From: Octopus sinensis
Lineage: Eukaryota
Assembly (NCBI RefSeq): GCF_006345805.1
Contig: NW_021832108.1
Span: 1-33,116, forward strand
Direction: 5' to 3'
DNA length: 33,116 nucleotides
Both the position numbers and the translations under genes were made by a program. This document shows, piece by piece, positions 21,678 through 31,926 of the stretch (position 1 is its first letter; each line of letters begins with the position of its first letter). The notes under the pieces are model-generated. The model was not told where the DNA came from and did not search any database. It saw only the letters and a list, made by a program, of their open reading frames with translations.

Positions 21678-22910
21678 TTAGAGTATGTTTAGTTGTGGTC
21701 TGTATTTTTGAATAAGATTACTTTCCTTATTTATTCGTGTTTGGTCTGTGGTGTTGTCCGAGCATTGGTATAGTGGGAAGACTAAGAATTTGGGGGGACT
21801 ATTGTGTGCACAAAGGTCTAAGTGTCCACTTAGTGGTATCTGTCTTGTGGAGGGGTCCCTCAGTTGTTGTCGGTGAACTGTCATTCTTTCTCTGAGGGTA
21901 AGGCTCGTTTGCCCTATGTAGTCTTCGTGGCATCCTTCACACCTTATGACGTAGAGTAAATTTTTTGATGCGCACGTGAAATTATTTTTTATGATGAATG
22001 TGTGTCCCGAGTGGAACTTGTACGACGATCCCTCAATGAGGTGGATGCAGGTCTTGCAATTGGGGCGACCACATTTTTTGATGGTGGGCGGTGGGTTTGT
22101 GTTGTGTAATTTTGCGTTGGTGAGGAGTTTTTTAGGGATTTAGTTGTCTCTACTTTTTATTATTTTATGAGCTGCCAGTATTTTTTTCAGGCGTGGGTCT
22201 TGATTTAGTTGTGGAATGTATATAATAGTGTAAGCTTCTGCATTCCTTGGGTTGTGTGTTGAGAGATAGGGGAGGCTATTTACTGTACTGTGGATGTGTT
22301 TGGGTTTTCGTAGGTCTTGAATGTTGATTGATTTGGCCCGTTCTATTCCGTTGTCTACTAGTGATGCCGGGTAATGTCTTTCGAGAAGAATTGCCCTTAG
22401 TTCCCGGAGTCTTCTATTTCGTGTTGTGTCATTTGAGACAATAGTGCAGATTCTTCTCCCTAGGTTGAAGGGGATATTTGTCTTTGTGTGTTTTGGGTGA
22501 TTGGAGGTGAATAGAAGGTATTGTTTAGAGTCAGTGGGTTTGTAATGGATGTCAGTTTCAATGTTGACGCCTTTTTTAATGATTAGGATGTCAAGAAAAG
22601 GGAGTTGGTCCTGACTATATTCCATGTGAATTGAATGTTGTTATTAACACTGTTGATAAGGTTTTTGAAGTCTTTAAGTTGGTCGAGTGTGTGGGACCAT
22701 AGGATGAGGCAATCATCTAAGTAGCGTTTCCAGTTCTCCAACAGGTATTTGTGGAAGACTGGCCGTACTTATATTTGGATTTTTCATAGATATGTGATTC
22801 CAGGTAGGCCATCACCAGGTTTGCATAGGTAGGTGCAACTTTCGTACCCATTGCAGTTCCTGAGACCTGTCTGTAAGTGTTGTTGTGGAAATACATGAAG
22901 TTGTTTTGCA
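21678..22910 (-). pseudogene. PLE reverse transcriptase (C-terminal half) plus GIY-YIG endonuclease, frameshifted
   Basis: YRQVSGTAMGTKVAPTYANL; WKRYLDDC (YLDD at 22712-22723); LPFLD; YKPTDSKQYLLFTSNHP; CGRPNCKTC; NLLYVIRCEGCHEDYIGQT...RMTVHR...HLDLC...LIQKYRPQLN. Several 1-nt frameshifts. Confidence 0.92.
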
Positions 22911-23189
22911 GAAGGATGCCACGAAGACTACATAGGGCAAACGAGCCTTACCCTCAGAGAAAGAATGACAGTTCACCGACAACAACTGAGGGACCCCTCC
23001 ACAAGACAGATACCACTAAGTGGACACTTAGACCTTTGTGCACACAATAAGTCCCCCAAATTCTTAGTCTTCCCACTATACCAATGCTCGGACAACACCA
23101 CAGACCAAACACGAATAAATAAGGAAAGTAATCTTATTCAAAAATACAGACCACAACTAAACATACTCTAACATACCCCCTGGGCACAC

Positions 23190-24637
23190 ATCCAGAGCAG
23201 GCACAGAGGCACGCGCACACTCACAGCGTATCGTGCGGGCGGGCACATGCGCGCATCGGCACGCATAGGACACACTAGCGGGCATTGACCGCACACATAC
23301 GTGGCACGCACACGCATGCATTATATATATGTAGGTTATGTATGTGTGTGAGTGTTGTGTGTGTGTGTGAGTGTGCACGTTGGTGTGTGTGTGTGCCGTG
23401 TGTTATATGTATGGTGGTGTGTGTGCACTGTGTGCGTGTGTGTATGTGTGTGTGTGTGCGCGCGTTGTGTGTGTGTGTGCACGTGTGTATATATGTGTGT
23501 GTGTGCACTGTGTGCGTGTGTGTGTGTATGTGTGTGTGTGTGTGTGTGAGCATTGTGTACGTGTGTATGTATTTACATGTGTATTTGTTTTTATATATAT
23601 ATATATATATGTGTGTGTGCTGTGTGTGTATATGCATGGTATGTGTGTATATGTGAGTACATTGTTTGTGTGTGTGTGCGGTATGTAGAGATATATTTGA
23701 GTGTGTACGCTATAGGTTTGTATTTGTGTGTGTGGGTGTGTGTGTGAATTTTATATATATATGTGTTGTGTATGTGTGTGAAAAAATATATGTATGTGCA
23801 TGTATGTATGATGTATGTATATATATATATATATGTGATATATTATATATGTGTGTGTGTATGTGTGTATATATATTTTCATGTATATGTGTGTATAAAC
23901 ATGTGCATTATTTGCATGCGCATTGTGTATATGTATATTGTATGTATGTGTATTGTATATGTATGTGTACAATTAAGTGTATATATGTGTGTGTATGTGT
24001 GCATTGTATATATGTATATTGTAAGTGTGCTATTATACATGAATACATGTATATACGTTGCGTGTATATATATGTATGCATTGTGTATGTATGTTTGTGT
24101 GTGTCTATATATATTATATGTATGCGTACGTGTATGTGTATGCATTGTATGTATGTATATGTGTGTATATGTGGTATATCTATGTATGTGTATGTAAACA
24201 CTATTTATATGTATATATGTATATATGTATATGCATTGTCTATATATATATATTATATGTATGTATTGCGTATGTATATTGCATGCATATATTGTATATG
24301 TGTATTATATACATGCTGTGTATGTGTATTGTATGTGTATATATATGCTAGTTGTATTTGTGTGATATTTATATTATGTATATATGTGTGCGTGTGTTGT
24401 GTTGTGTGGGTGTGTGTGTGTGTGTGTGTGTGGGTGTGTTTGTGTGTGTATGTGTTATATATGTGTGTATATTATATATAAATACATGTTATATTTGTGT
24501 GCTGTGTGTATATATTATATATGTGGGTGCGTTGTGTGTGTGTGTGTGTGTTGTGTGTGTGTGTTGTGGTGTGGTGTGTGTGTGTATACTATGTGTGTGT
24601 GTGTATTGTTGTTGTGTGTGTGTGTATATATGTGTGT
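23190..24637. repeat. About 1.4-kb compound TG/TA/CG microsatellite in the PLE2 3' UTR (right arm)
   Basis: Reverse complement of 20253-21660, with small indels. Confidence 0.9.
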
Positions 24638-25203
24638 GACAAACAGACGCTGTCTGACCAGCAGGCACACGGAACACATCTATTCACACCCGCATACTCA
24701 CCTCCAATAACCCCAAAATCACTGATGCTTGAAGGGGAAGTATAAACCAAACTGGGTACATATCTTATTTTCTCTCAATTCAACTTTTTCTGCTAAAACA
24801 AACAGGTCAGTAAAAAACAAATTCTCGCCTTCGATTCAAAATATTCTGAGATGTCTAAAATATCCATTTTAATTTTCTCTGTCAATATTACAAGCTTTCT
24901 CACCAAACTATTACACTTCCTTATGTCTTTAACATGTCCTTTCTACCAAAGACTGTATATATATATACATGTAATGTGACAATTTGCGACAACCAATAAT
25001 TAACGCAACCAAATTTCCAATAATATATTTGTTTTATTCTTTTCTGCCAATTTTTCCAAATATTCTCATCACACTATTGAACTTTTTTATACTATATTTA
25101 TACATGTAATGTGACAATTATGTATAAAAAAACATTTTTGAATTCATAATATTCAATGTGACAATTATGTAAAAAACTTTTTTTGAACCCATAATATTCA
25201 ATG

Positions 25204-25248
25204 TTACTTTTGACAATCTTTTACCAAAGAGTGAAACCGGTTAAGTAA
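25204..25248 (+). ncRNA. Minimal hammerhead motif, U3-A8 core (mirror copy)
   Basis: Identical to the reverse complement of 19645-19689. Confidence 0.68.
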
Positions 25249-25282
25249 ATAAACATCATTTAAATTGCATTTTCAAACCTTT

Positions 25283-25322
<40 letters not shown>

Positions 25323-25483
25323 CCACTCTCGAAGTGGTTGGCGTTAGGAAGGGCATCCAGCTGTAGAAACTCTGCCAGATCAAGATTGGAGCCTGGTGCA
25401 GCCATCTGGTTTGCCAATCCTCAGTCAAATCATCCAACCCATGCTAGCATGGAAAGCGGACATTAAACGATGATGATGATGAT
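25323..25483 (+). mobile_element. RTE 3' tail fragment
   Basis: gtggttggcgttaggaagggcatccagc...catgctagcatgg...(GAT)n. Confidence 0.8.
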
Positions 25484-25508
25484 ATATATATATACACACA
25501 CATACACA

Positions 25509-25864
25509 GAGGCAAGGTGGCTGAGTTCCTTTCAAGTATTGGGCCCCCATGGGGGCAAAGTGGTCGAGTTCCTTTCAAGTGTTGGGCCTCACGGAGACAA
25601 TGACCAAGACCTTTGGCATTATGTTGTGCTTGAGAAGAAAACCCATCAAGCCGAACAAAATGGCAGTCGTGGCAGATACTAGTATCACGCAAATGGCATC
25701 CATGCTGGTGGCACGTAAAAACACCCGTTACACTTTCAGAGTGGCTGGCATTAAGAAAGGCATCCAGCTGTAGAAAACCAACAGGAGCTTGGTGCAGCCT
25801 TCCAGCGTGCCAACCCAGTCAAACCGTCCAACTCATGCTAGCATGGACAATGGACATTGAATGA

Positions 25865-25868
<4 letters not shown>
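25509..25868 (+). mobile_element. RTE-related 3' fragment of a variant family
   Basis: gtggcacgtaaaaacaccc...aaggcatccagctg...catgctagcatgg...gatgat; the upstream part has a duplicated gagttcctttcaagt unit. Confidence 0.65.
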
Positions 25869-25945
<77 letters not shown>

Positions 25946-25946
<1 letters not shown>

Positions 25947-26298
25947 CAAACATCACAAAAATAAATAGATACTTTCGATATACTGCTTCATCTGTGTGGA
26001 CACTACTCATTAGTACAATGCCTAAACGTGTTAAATCATTAAAAACAGCACAAGACATGTCTACTAAATACTGGAACTGCAGATACAATATCCCTGCATA
26101 TCTCACATCTGTTTTCATTCCTCCACTTCAGTCTCTATTTCATATCTTCTTCAGAATAACTAGTGCTTAACCATTTTCTCGCACTGTCTCCGATGAAGGG
26201 ATATACAAAATATCCCAGAAACACCTGTAAGACTTTCTCTTTATAAATGTTCTGAAATCTTTCACACCCTTAGATTTTTATCTCATTCTGTTACCAGA
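25946..26298 (+). mobile_element. Hammerhead-bearing remnant, probably a degenerate PLE pseudo-LTR
   Basis: Unique island between TA tracts, with a hammerhead about 70 nt from the TA-abutting end. Confidence 0.45.
26186..26233 (+). ncRNA. Degenerate minimal hammerhead motif
   Basis: gtct-CCGATGA-aGGGATAT(acaaa)ATATCCCa-GAAA-CACCTG-TA-agac; U4C change, stem III one base from the CAGCTG palindrome. Confidence 0.6.
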
Positions 26299-26308
26299 AT
26301 ATATATAT

Positions 26309-26575
26309 CATCATCATCATCATCATCGTTTAACGTCCGTTCTCCATGCTAGCATGGGTTGGACGGTTCGACCGGGGATCTGGAAAGCCAGAAGGCTGCA
26401 CCAGGCTCCAGTCTTATCTGGCAGTGTTTCTACAGCTGGATGCCCTTCCTAACGCCAACCACTCCGTGAGTGTAGTGGGTGCTTTTTACGTGCCACCTGC
26501 ACAGGTGCCAGGCGAGGCTGGCAACGGTTGGATTGGTGTATTTTATGTGCCACCTGCACGGAAGCCAAACAAAGC
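26309..26575 (-). mobile_element. RTE 3' UTR fragment
   Basis: (CAT)n, catgctagcatggg...gatgcccttcctaacgccaaccactcc, and two UTR repeat units. Confidence 0.8.
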
Positions 26576-27760
26576 TGCTTATTAATTAGGTATATAACAG
26601 TTACTAAAAGAAAGTAATTATTAAAGGCATGACCATCTAGAAATTTTTTTATAAATTCATGTTCCAAGAAATTTCCTGTAATTTCAATTTCTGAAGTTTA
26701 TTAAATATTTGAACTACAAGTTTTTCGCAAATTTAGATATTTGTTGCATTCACTGTGGAGTTGATATTAATGTTTAATAAACAATATATTAATTTGTTGC
26801 GGGCAAAATTTTCTGCTTTCATTTGCAACTGTCTCTCATTCTCTCTTACCTCTATTTCCATTAATGATAATTTAATATATATTCATCTCAATGTCTTCAT
26901 TTCAAATTTTAATTCGCTATTTGCAAAACCCACAGTTTATTCTGTATATGTAATGTAAAAAAATTATTTATTGAATGAATGAATGCTATTAGACAAAACA
27001 GCTATATAACTTTATTAAATGTATATTTTTGATAAAATGAAAAGTTTTTAATCTACCAGTATAATTTTTAAAAAAATTAAGTGATTTTGTTGATATGGCT
27101 GTTTGGAATACTATAAGCCTTACAATAATAAGTATATGATTGCTGCTATTTCTAGCACACTAAACATAGTTGGGTTACTTTGAAGTTTGTTTAAATTAGA
27201 GATATACTATAACTATGATAAATTACTGATAAAAATATTTACTAAGCAAGTGATATTTTTTATTATTGAATATTTCAAGTTCACAAATTTAAATATTTTG
27301 TACAAGATAGCTTTTATTTATACAATTTTTTTCATTTCATGTTTATTTCATTTGTTGATTGCAATGTTTTCTCTTCCTCTCTTTTTCACACTTACACACC
27401 ATCTCTCTAATATAAACACACACACACTCCAAGTTTGATTTTGTTATTACATAAATATCACGTTAGAATTTTGCAATTCAACATTGGGTGTCCAAAACAA
27501 TATGCGACTGAAAAAGAACATTTAGCAGCAAAGGCCCGATGGTAGAGTGCCTCTAATTGTTTCCATTAATAATAATTTACTTAATATATATTCGTTGAAA
27601 TATTTTCATTTCAAGTTTTATTTTGTTATTTCAGATGAGGAAATCAGAGGTATTTTGTTGACTTAAACTCGCTGTGTAAATGCTCTCATTTATTAAAACT
27701 TACTGAAGCTTTGAACTCATGTGACTTATTTCCTTTCCATCATTATCTAAGAATTATCAA

Positions 27761-27826
27761 GTGAATTTGTTGCTATAGGTATTAAAATGTCTAGTGAATT
27801 TGTTGCTATAGGTATTAAAATGTCTA
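27761..27826. repeat. Perfect 33-nt tandem duplication
   Basis: gtgaatttgttgctataggtattaaaatgtcta occurs twice. Confidence 0.9.
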
Positions 27827-28338
27827 TGTGATCACTGCTATTTTTTTGCACACTAAACATAGTTGGACTACCTTGATGTTTGTTTAAAAAAGAGAGATTA
27901 TTATAGTGAAAAAATAATGACAGCAATATTTACTAAGCAAGTGAGCACTATTATACAAAGAAACAATTAGACAATAAATATCATAATAATTGTTAGAATT
28001 GGGAATCAAATGTGAAAATATTATAGTATATATAATTATTATTATAAATAATAAAGCGTAATGGAGACTTGTACATCCATAAAATTTATTTAATAATAAT
28101 TTTTGTGGACGCACAAGTTTCCATACACTATATTATTGATTATAATATATACCCCAGGCAATTTTTACCATTCAGCGAAGCATACATGGAATTACCCATC
28201 GGAAAAATTCATGGAGTGACTAACAACAAATTTTAGTCATGAATGTTAATACTGATCATTGTGGTTAGCCATTAACTGGAACATAACTGAGAACTAATAT
28301 GGTATCTACCAGATAATGTATTCCACCAAACTTATCTA

Positions 28339-28525
28339 CAGTAATCCCTCGCCATATCGTGGTTCACCTATTGTGCACTCAGTACATTGCAAATTTTTCT
28401 GGCTAATATATTTAAATTTATATCACAGGTTTCTGCAGCTGATAGGTATTTATAATTTTTTAGATTTTAATTATTTCTGTGGGAGGTTTTGGAACTTAAC
28501 ACCTGCGATAGTCAAGGGATTACTA
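28339..28525. mobile_element. Tigger/pogo-like MITE
   Basis: TA-CAGTAATCCCTCG at the left end, degenerate caagggattacta at the right end. Confidence 0.6.
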
Positions 28526-28539
28526 TGTGTCTGTGTGTG

Positions 28540-28580
<41 letters not shown>

Positions 28581-29023
28581 AATATATGTATGTATGTATG
28601 TTTCTACAATGTCTTCTGTACAAGACATTGTAGATCTTTAGCTGGGCTAAAAAGTCACATTCAACCACAGCGCCAGTAACAGTAAAACTTCGTGCAATGG
28701 CCATACTCGATAACGAGGGGGCAGCCATAATAATATAAATAATGTGTGTGTGTATGTGTATATATATATATGCACAAATATGTATATAAAATTGGTGAAG
28801 AATAGAGATATTTACCTAAAGATTAACCATACTAATAGCAAAAGCTACAGAAATAACAATTCTGATTTCCAAAATAAACCTGATATACAAAGAGCAGCAG
28901 CAATTTTCTTGACATACTTGACTTCCAATCAAGTAAGGTATTTGTTAAATTTCCTTTTTCAATAAATAAATTTTTATTCAAATCCAATAACAATAGAACT
29001 AAAATTTAGATATAAGATCTTAC

Positions 29024-29202
29024 CATTCAGGTAGCGTTGTAGGTTTGGGTTGTTTCCGAAGGTATTCTTTAAATCTCAGTTCGAATGCTTGACCAATTGT
29101 AGTAATGACGCTTTCAGCCAGTCCTCCACCACACTCCAACACATAACAAGCTCGGCCATTGACAGAATCTTTGGCAACATATGCCACAAAATCTTTGGTT
29201 TC
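29024..29202 (-). CDS. Shc: Shc adaptor exon, C-terminal PTB domain (ETKDFVAYVAKDSVNGRACYVLECGGGLAESVITTIGQAFELRFKEYLRKQPKPTTLPE)
   Basis: Strong resemblance to Shc [20 protein letters not shown]...VISTIGQAFELRFKQYL. Acceptor ttcttttaaag|GAA, donor GAA TG|gtaaga; 179 nt, phase 0 to phase 2. Confidence 0.95.
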
Positions 29203-29303
29203 CTTTAAAAGAAATGAAGCAAATGACAACTGAAAATACAGGTTTCACCATGTATATACTGTCATACAGAGCAAGTTAGACGAACACTTCAGTTTTACAT
29301 ATA

Positions 29304-29361
29304 GGCGCAGGAGTGGCTGTGTGGTAAGTAGCTTGCTAACCAACCACATGGTTCCGGGTTC
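29304..29361 (+). mobile_element. Truncated tRNA-derived SINE head
   Basis: ggcgcaggagtggctgtgtggtaagtagcttgctaaccaaccacatggttccgggttcag (A and B boxes). Confidence 0.75.
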
Positions 29362-30123
29362 AGATGATGGTGTTGATAATGATGATCACCATCATCATCA
29401 CGACCATCATTATAGTTTTAACATCTTTTACACGCTAGCACGGGTTGGACGGAATTTATCAAAGCAGATTTTCAACAGTCAGATGTGCTTCCTGTCACAA
29501 CCTTTTCCTGTATCCAAACAAAGTAATATTTCCCCATGGCCAAACAGGCTTTCTCAGAAAATTGGAAATGAATGTCACTGCTTGTATGACAGTGATACAC
29601 ATTTGCAACTATCACAGTGTGGATCTAGTCGGTTCTGTTCGAATTGATTTCATATTCAGTGTAATGATACACTTCTATTGGCTAATGAATGACGTGAAAA
29701 ATCATTTTTGCTATAAATCAATAAATAAAGAGTAATTAGCAATTAAAGTTGTAAATCACAGACATATTCATACCTGTTTCCACAGTAACAAGCAGAACAT
29801 GAGAACTTTTTTGTCTGTGAGAAAGCATGTATTGACAAATATACTGAAACCACTTGTTTTACCTATATGTTGACAATTGAGCATGAGAATTTATGTAGCA
29901 CAGGAGATATGAAAATTGTGATTTGTTCAAGAAATTGATTGAATGCATTTTTAACTTTCATTTTCAATGAACTGGTCAACAAAATGTTTGTTTTTTAAAA
30001 ATATTCAATTAGTAATGTGCTATTTTGTTTTTAAATAAATTTTTAAAGTTCATACTATCGCATCACATGTATATTGAATGTTTAAAACTACAAAAGACGT
30101 ATTGTTTACTCTTTCTTTTTTCT

Positions 30124-30261
30124 TTTGTTAACCCAAAAGATGGTGCCCATACTCAACAAGTGGAGAGTATGTGGGCCTCTGAGAAGCAAGGTAATAAACG
30201 ATGCTGTGGCACTCACTGTTCTATGGTAGATTCATATCTCTGTGAATTTATGTGATACAGG
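30124..30261 (+). pseudogene. Merlin/ISXO2 (IS1595-like) transposase C-terminal remnant
   Basis: FVNPKDGAHTQQVESMWASEKQGNKRCCGTHCSMVDSYLCEFM*YR resembles the family motif FVDP..GAHTQ.IES.W...K......G.......YL.EF.WR (from memory). No TIRs found. Confidence 0.6.
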
Positions 30262-31399
30262 AGTTACATAAATTGTGAGTTGTTTGAGAAATTGATTGAA
30301 TGTATTTCAAACTTCCGTTTTTAGTTTTAAAAATATTTTGTTGTGTTGCTTATTGCATATTTAAATGTTTGTTTTTTTAAAGCATATTTTGTTCACTCTT
30401 TTATTTCATATATAACATATATACATCATTTAGAACATTGTCATTTTATAAGATTTTGCAGGCAAATTTTAAAATTAACATAAACATTTATTTACATGAA
30501 AGAAAATTACCAGAGAATTTTCATCGAATTCTTTCAAATCTTGAAAACATTTGTAAGGAAAAATTGTAATGTGTTTATCATATGTAATGTGTTGTTCATT
30601 GCATTTGCATTAAATACATATTGAATGCTTAAGACTACTTGTTTGCTCATTTCTTTTTGTCAATGAGGCAGTTGTGAAGTGTGCTAAAAATAACAGCTAA
30701 ATAACTTTTTTTGGATAAATCTTTTAAATTCGTGCCATCGCATTAAATGTATCAGGAATGCTTCAAACTACAAAACACATGTTGTTTACAAATATTATGC
30801 TATTTTCCGGATATTGACAACAAAATATGAAGTCATGCATAAAATGACAGTTTTCAAATCATGATTCCTGACTGGGTGAAAATTATCAAACTTTAAGCTT
30901 CTACTACTTTTTAAGAACATTTTTCTGGAAAAAGTGAAATAATTTCAGGAATTCAGCTTGGAAGAGTAAATTGCTGTACCAAATTTTAGAATTTTTGATA
31001 AACTTTAATTTTTGAAATGCTGGCAGCCAAACCAACTAGATCCCATAATGTCAAGGCAAGGAGATGCAAACACACACACATACTCACAGTCACATATTTG
31101 TATATGTAACAGACACATACACACATACTCACAGTCACATATTTGCATATGTAACACACACATACACACAAGACCACATAGTTGGGAAGCAAAATCTTAG
31201 ACATACAACCACATCTATATCTACACACTGCAACTGAAATGCAAAAATTTTTACAAATCAGATTTTATAGGAGTATAATACAGACATACCTTAGCCTACA
31301 CTATATTATAAATGAGTCATCTGTACCCTGAATAGAGAAACTGAGATGACAAAATGGAGGACAGAAAAGGTGACAATGACAAAATTAATAAAATCTTAC

Positions 31400-31453
31400 C
31401 ATATCTCCCCCGGATGCAAACGAGACTGATGCCATATCATGGTTAGCAATTGT
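31400..31453 (-). CDS. Shc: Shc adaptor 54-nt PTB exon (TIANHDMASVSFASGGDM); not in the ORF track
   Basis: Acceptor tatttatttcag|ACA, donor ATG|gtaaga; phase 0 to phase 0. Matches Shc IIANHHMQSISFASGGDP. Confidence 0.93.
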
Positions 31454-31499
31454 CTGAAATAAATAGATGGGAATAAATGAAACGTATTACAGTGATGTG

Positions 31500-31826
31500 G
31501 GTATATATACATATATATACATACACACATATATATATATATATACATATATACATACATATATATATATACATATATTATAGATACATATATACATATA
31601 CATATATATATATATACCCCATATTATTAATAAAATACATATATATATACAATATATAATACATATATATATACATATATAAAATCATATATATATACAT
31701 ATATATAAAATACAATATATATACATATATATATACATACATATATACATACATATATACATATATATACATATATATATACATACATATACATATATAT
31801 ATACATACATATACATATATATATAC

Positions 31827-31859
<33 letters not shown>

Positions 31860-31926
31860 CGTACATATACATACATATAAACATACATATATATATATAC
31901 ATACATATATATATATATATACATAT
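31500..31926. repeat. Compound TA/TACA microsatellite
   Basis: Direct reading. Confidence 0.9.

Larger units (their letters stand above)
19606..25287. mobile_element. Penelope-like element 2: 5'-truncated minus-strand copy (22910 to 19606) joined to an inverted copy of its 3' part (22911-25287)
   Basis: Arms 19606-21938 and 22911-25287 are reverse complements. The 972-nt spacer encodes the RT C-terminal half and the start of GIY-YIG. Hammerheads near both outer ends; TA flanks. Confidence 0.92.

Noticed and set aside
20129-24745. Dozens of long C/V/Y/M- or H/T/I-rich ORFs (also near 15047-15332 and 31477-31950)
   Set aside because: They are translations of dinucleotide microsatellites that lack stop codons, not genes.
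7081-25287. Fold-backs as long-read palindromic assembly artefacts
   Set aside because: Each has a unique coding spacer, non-mirrored flanks and real substitutions between arms, and the Shc exons on either side remain colinear and in phase. The small indels may still be sequencing errors.
28471-28728. 85-aa minus-strand ORF near the Shc PTB exon, with a 13-bp hairpin at 28603-28634
   Set aside because: Runs into microsatellite and has no Shc similarity. The flanking exons (LPEW/TDGQ) already join without a gap.
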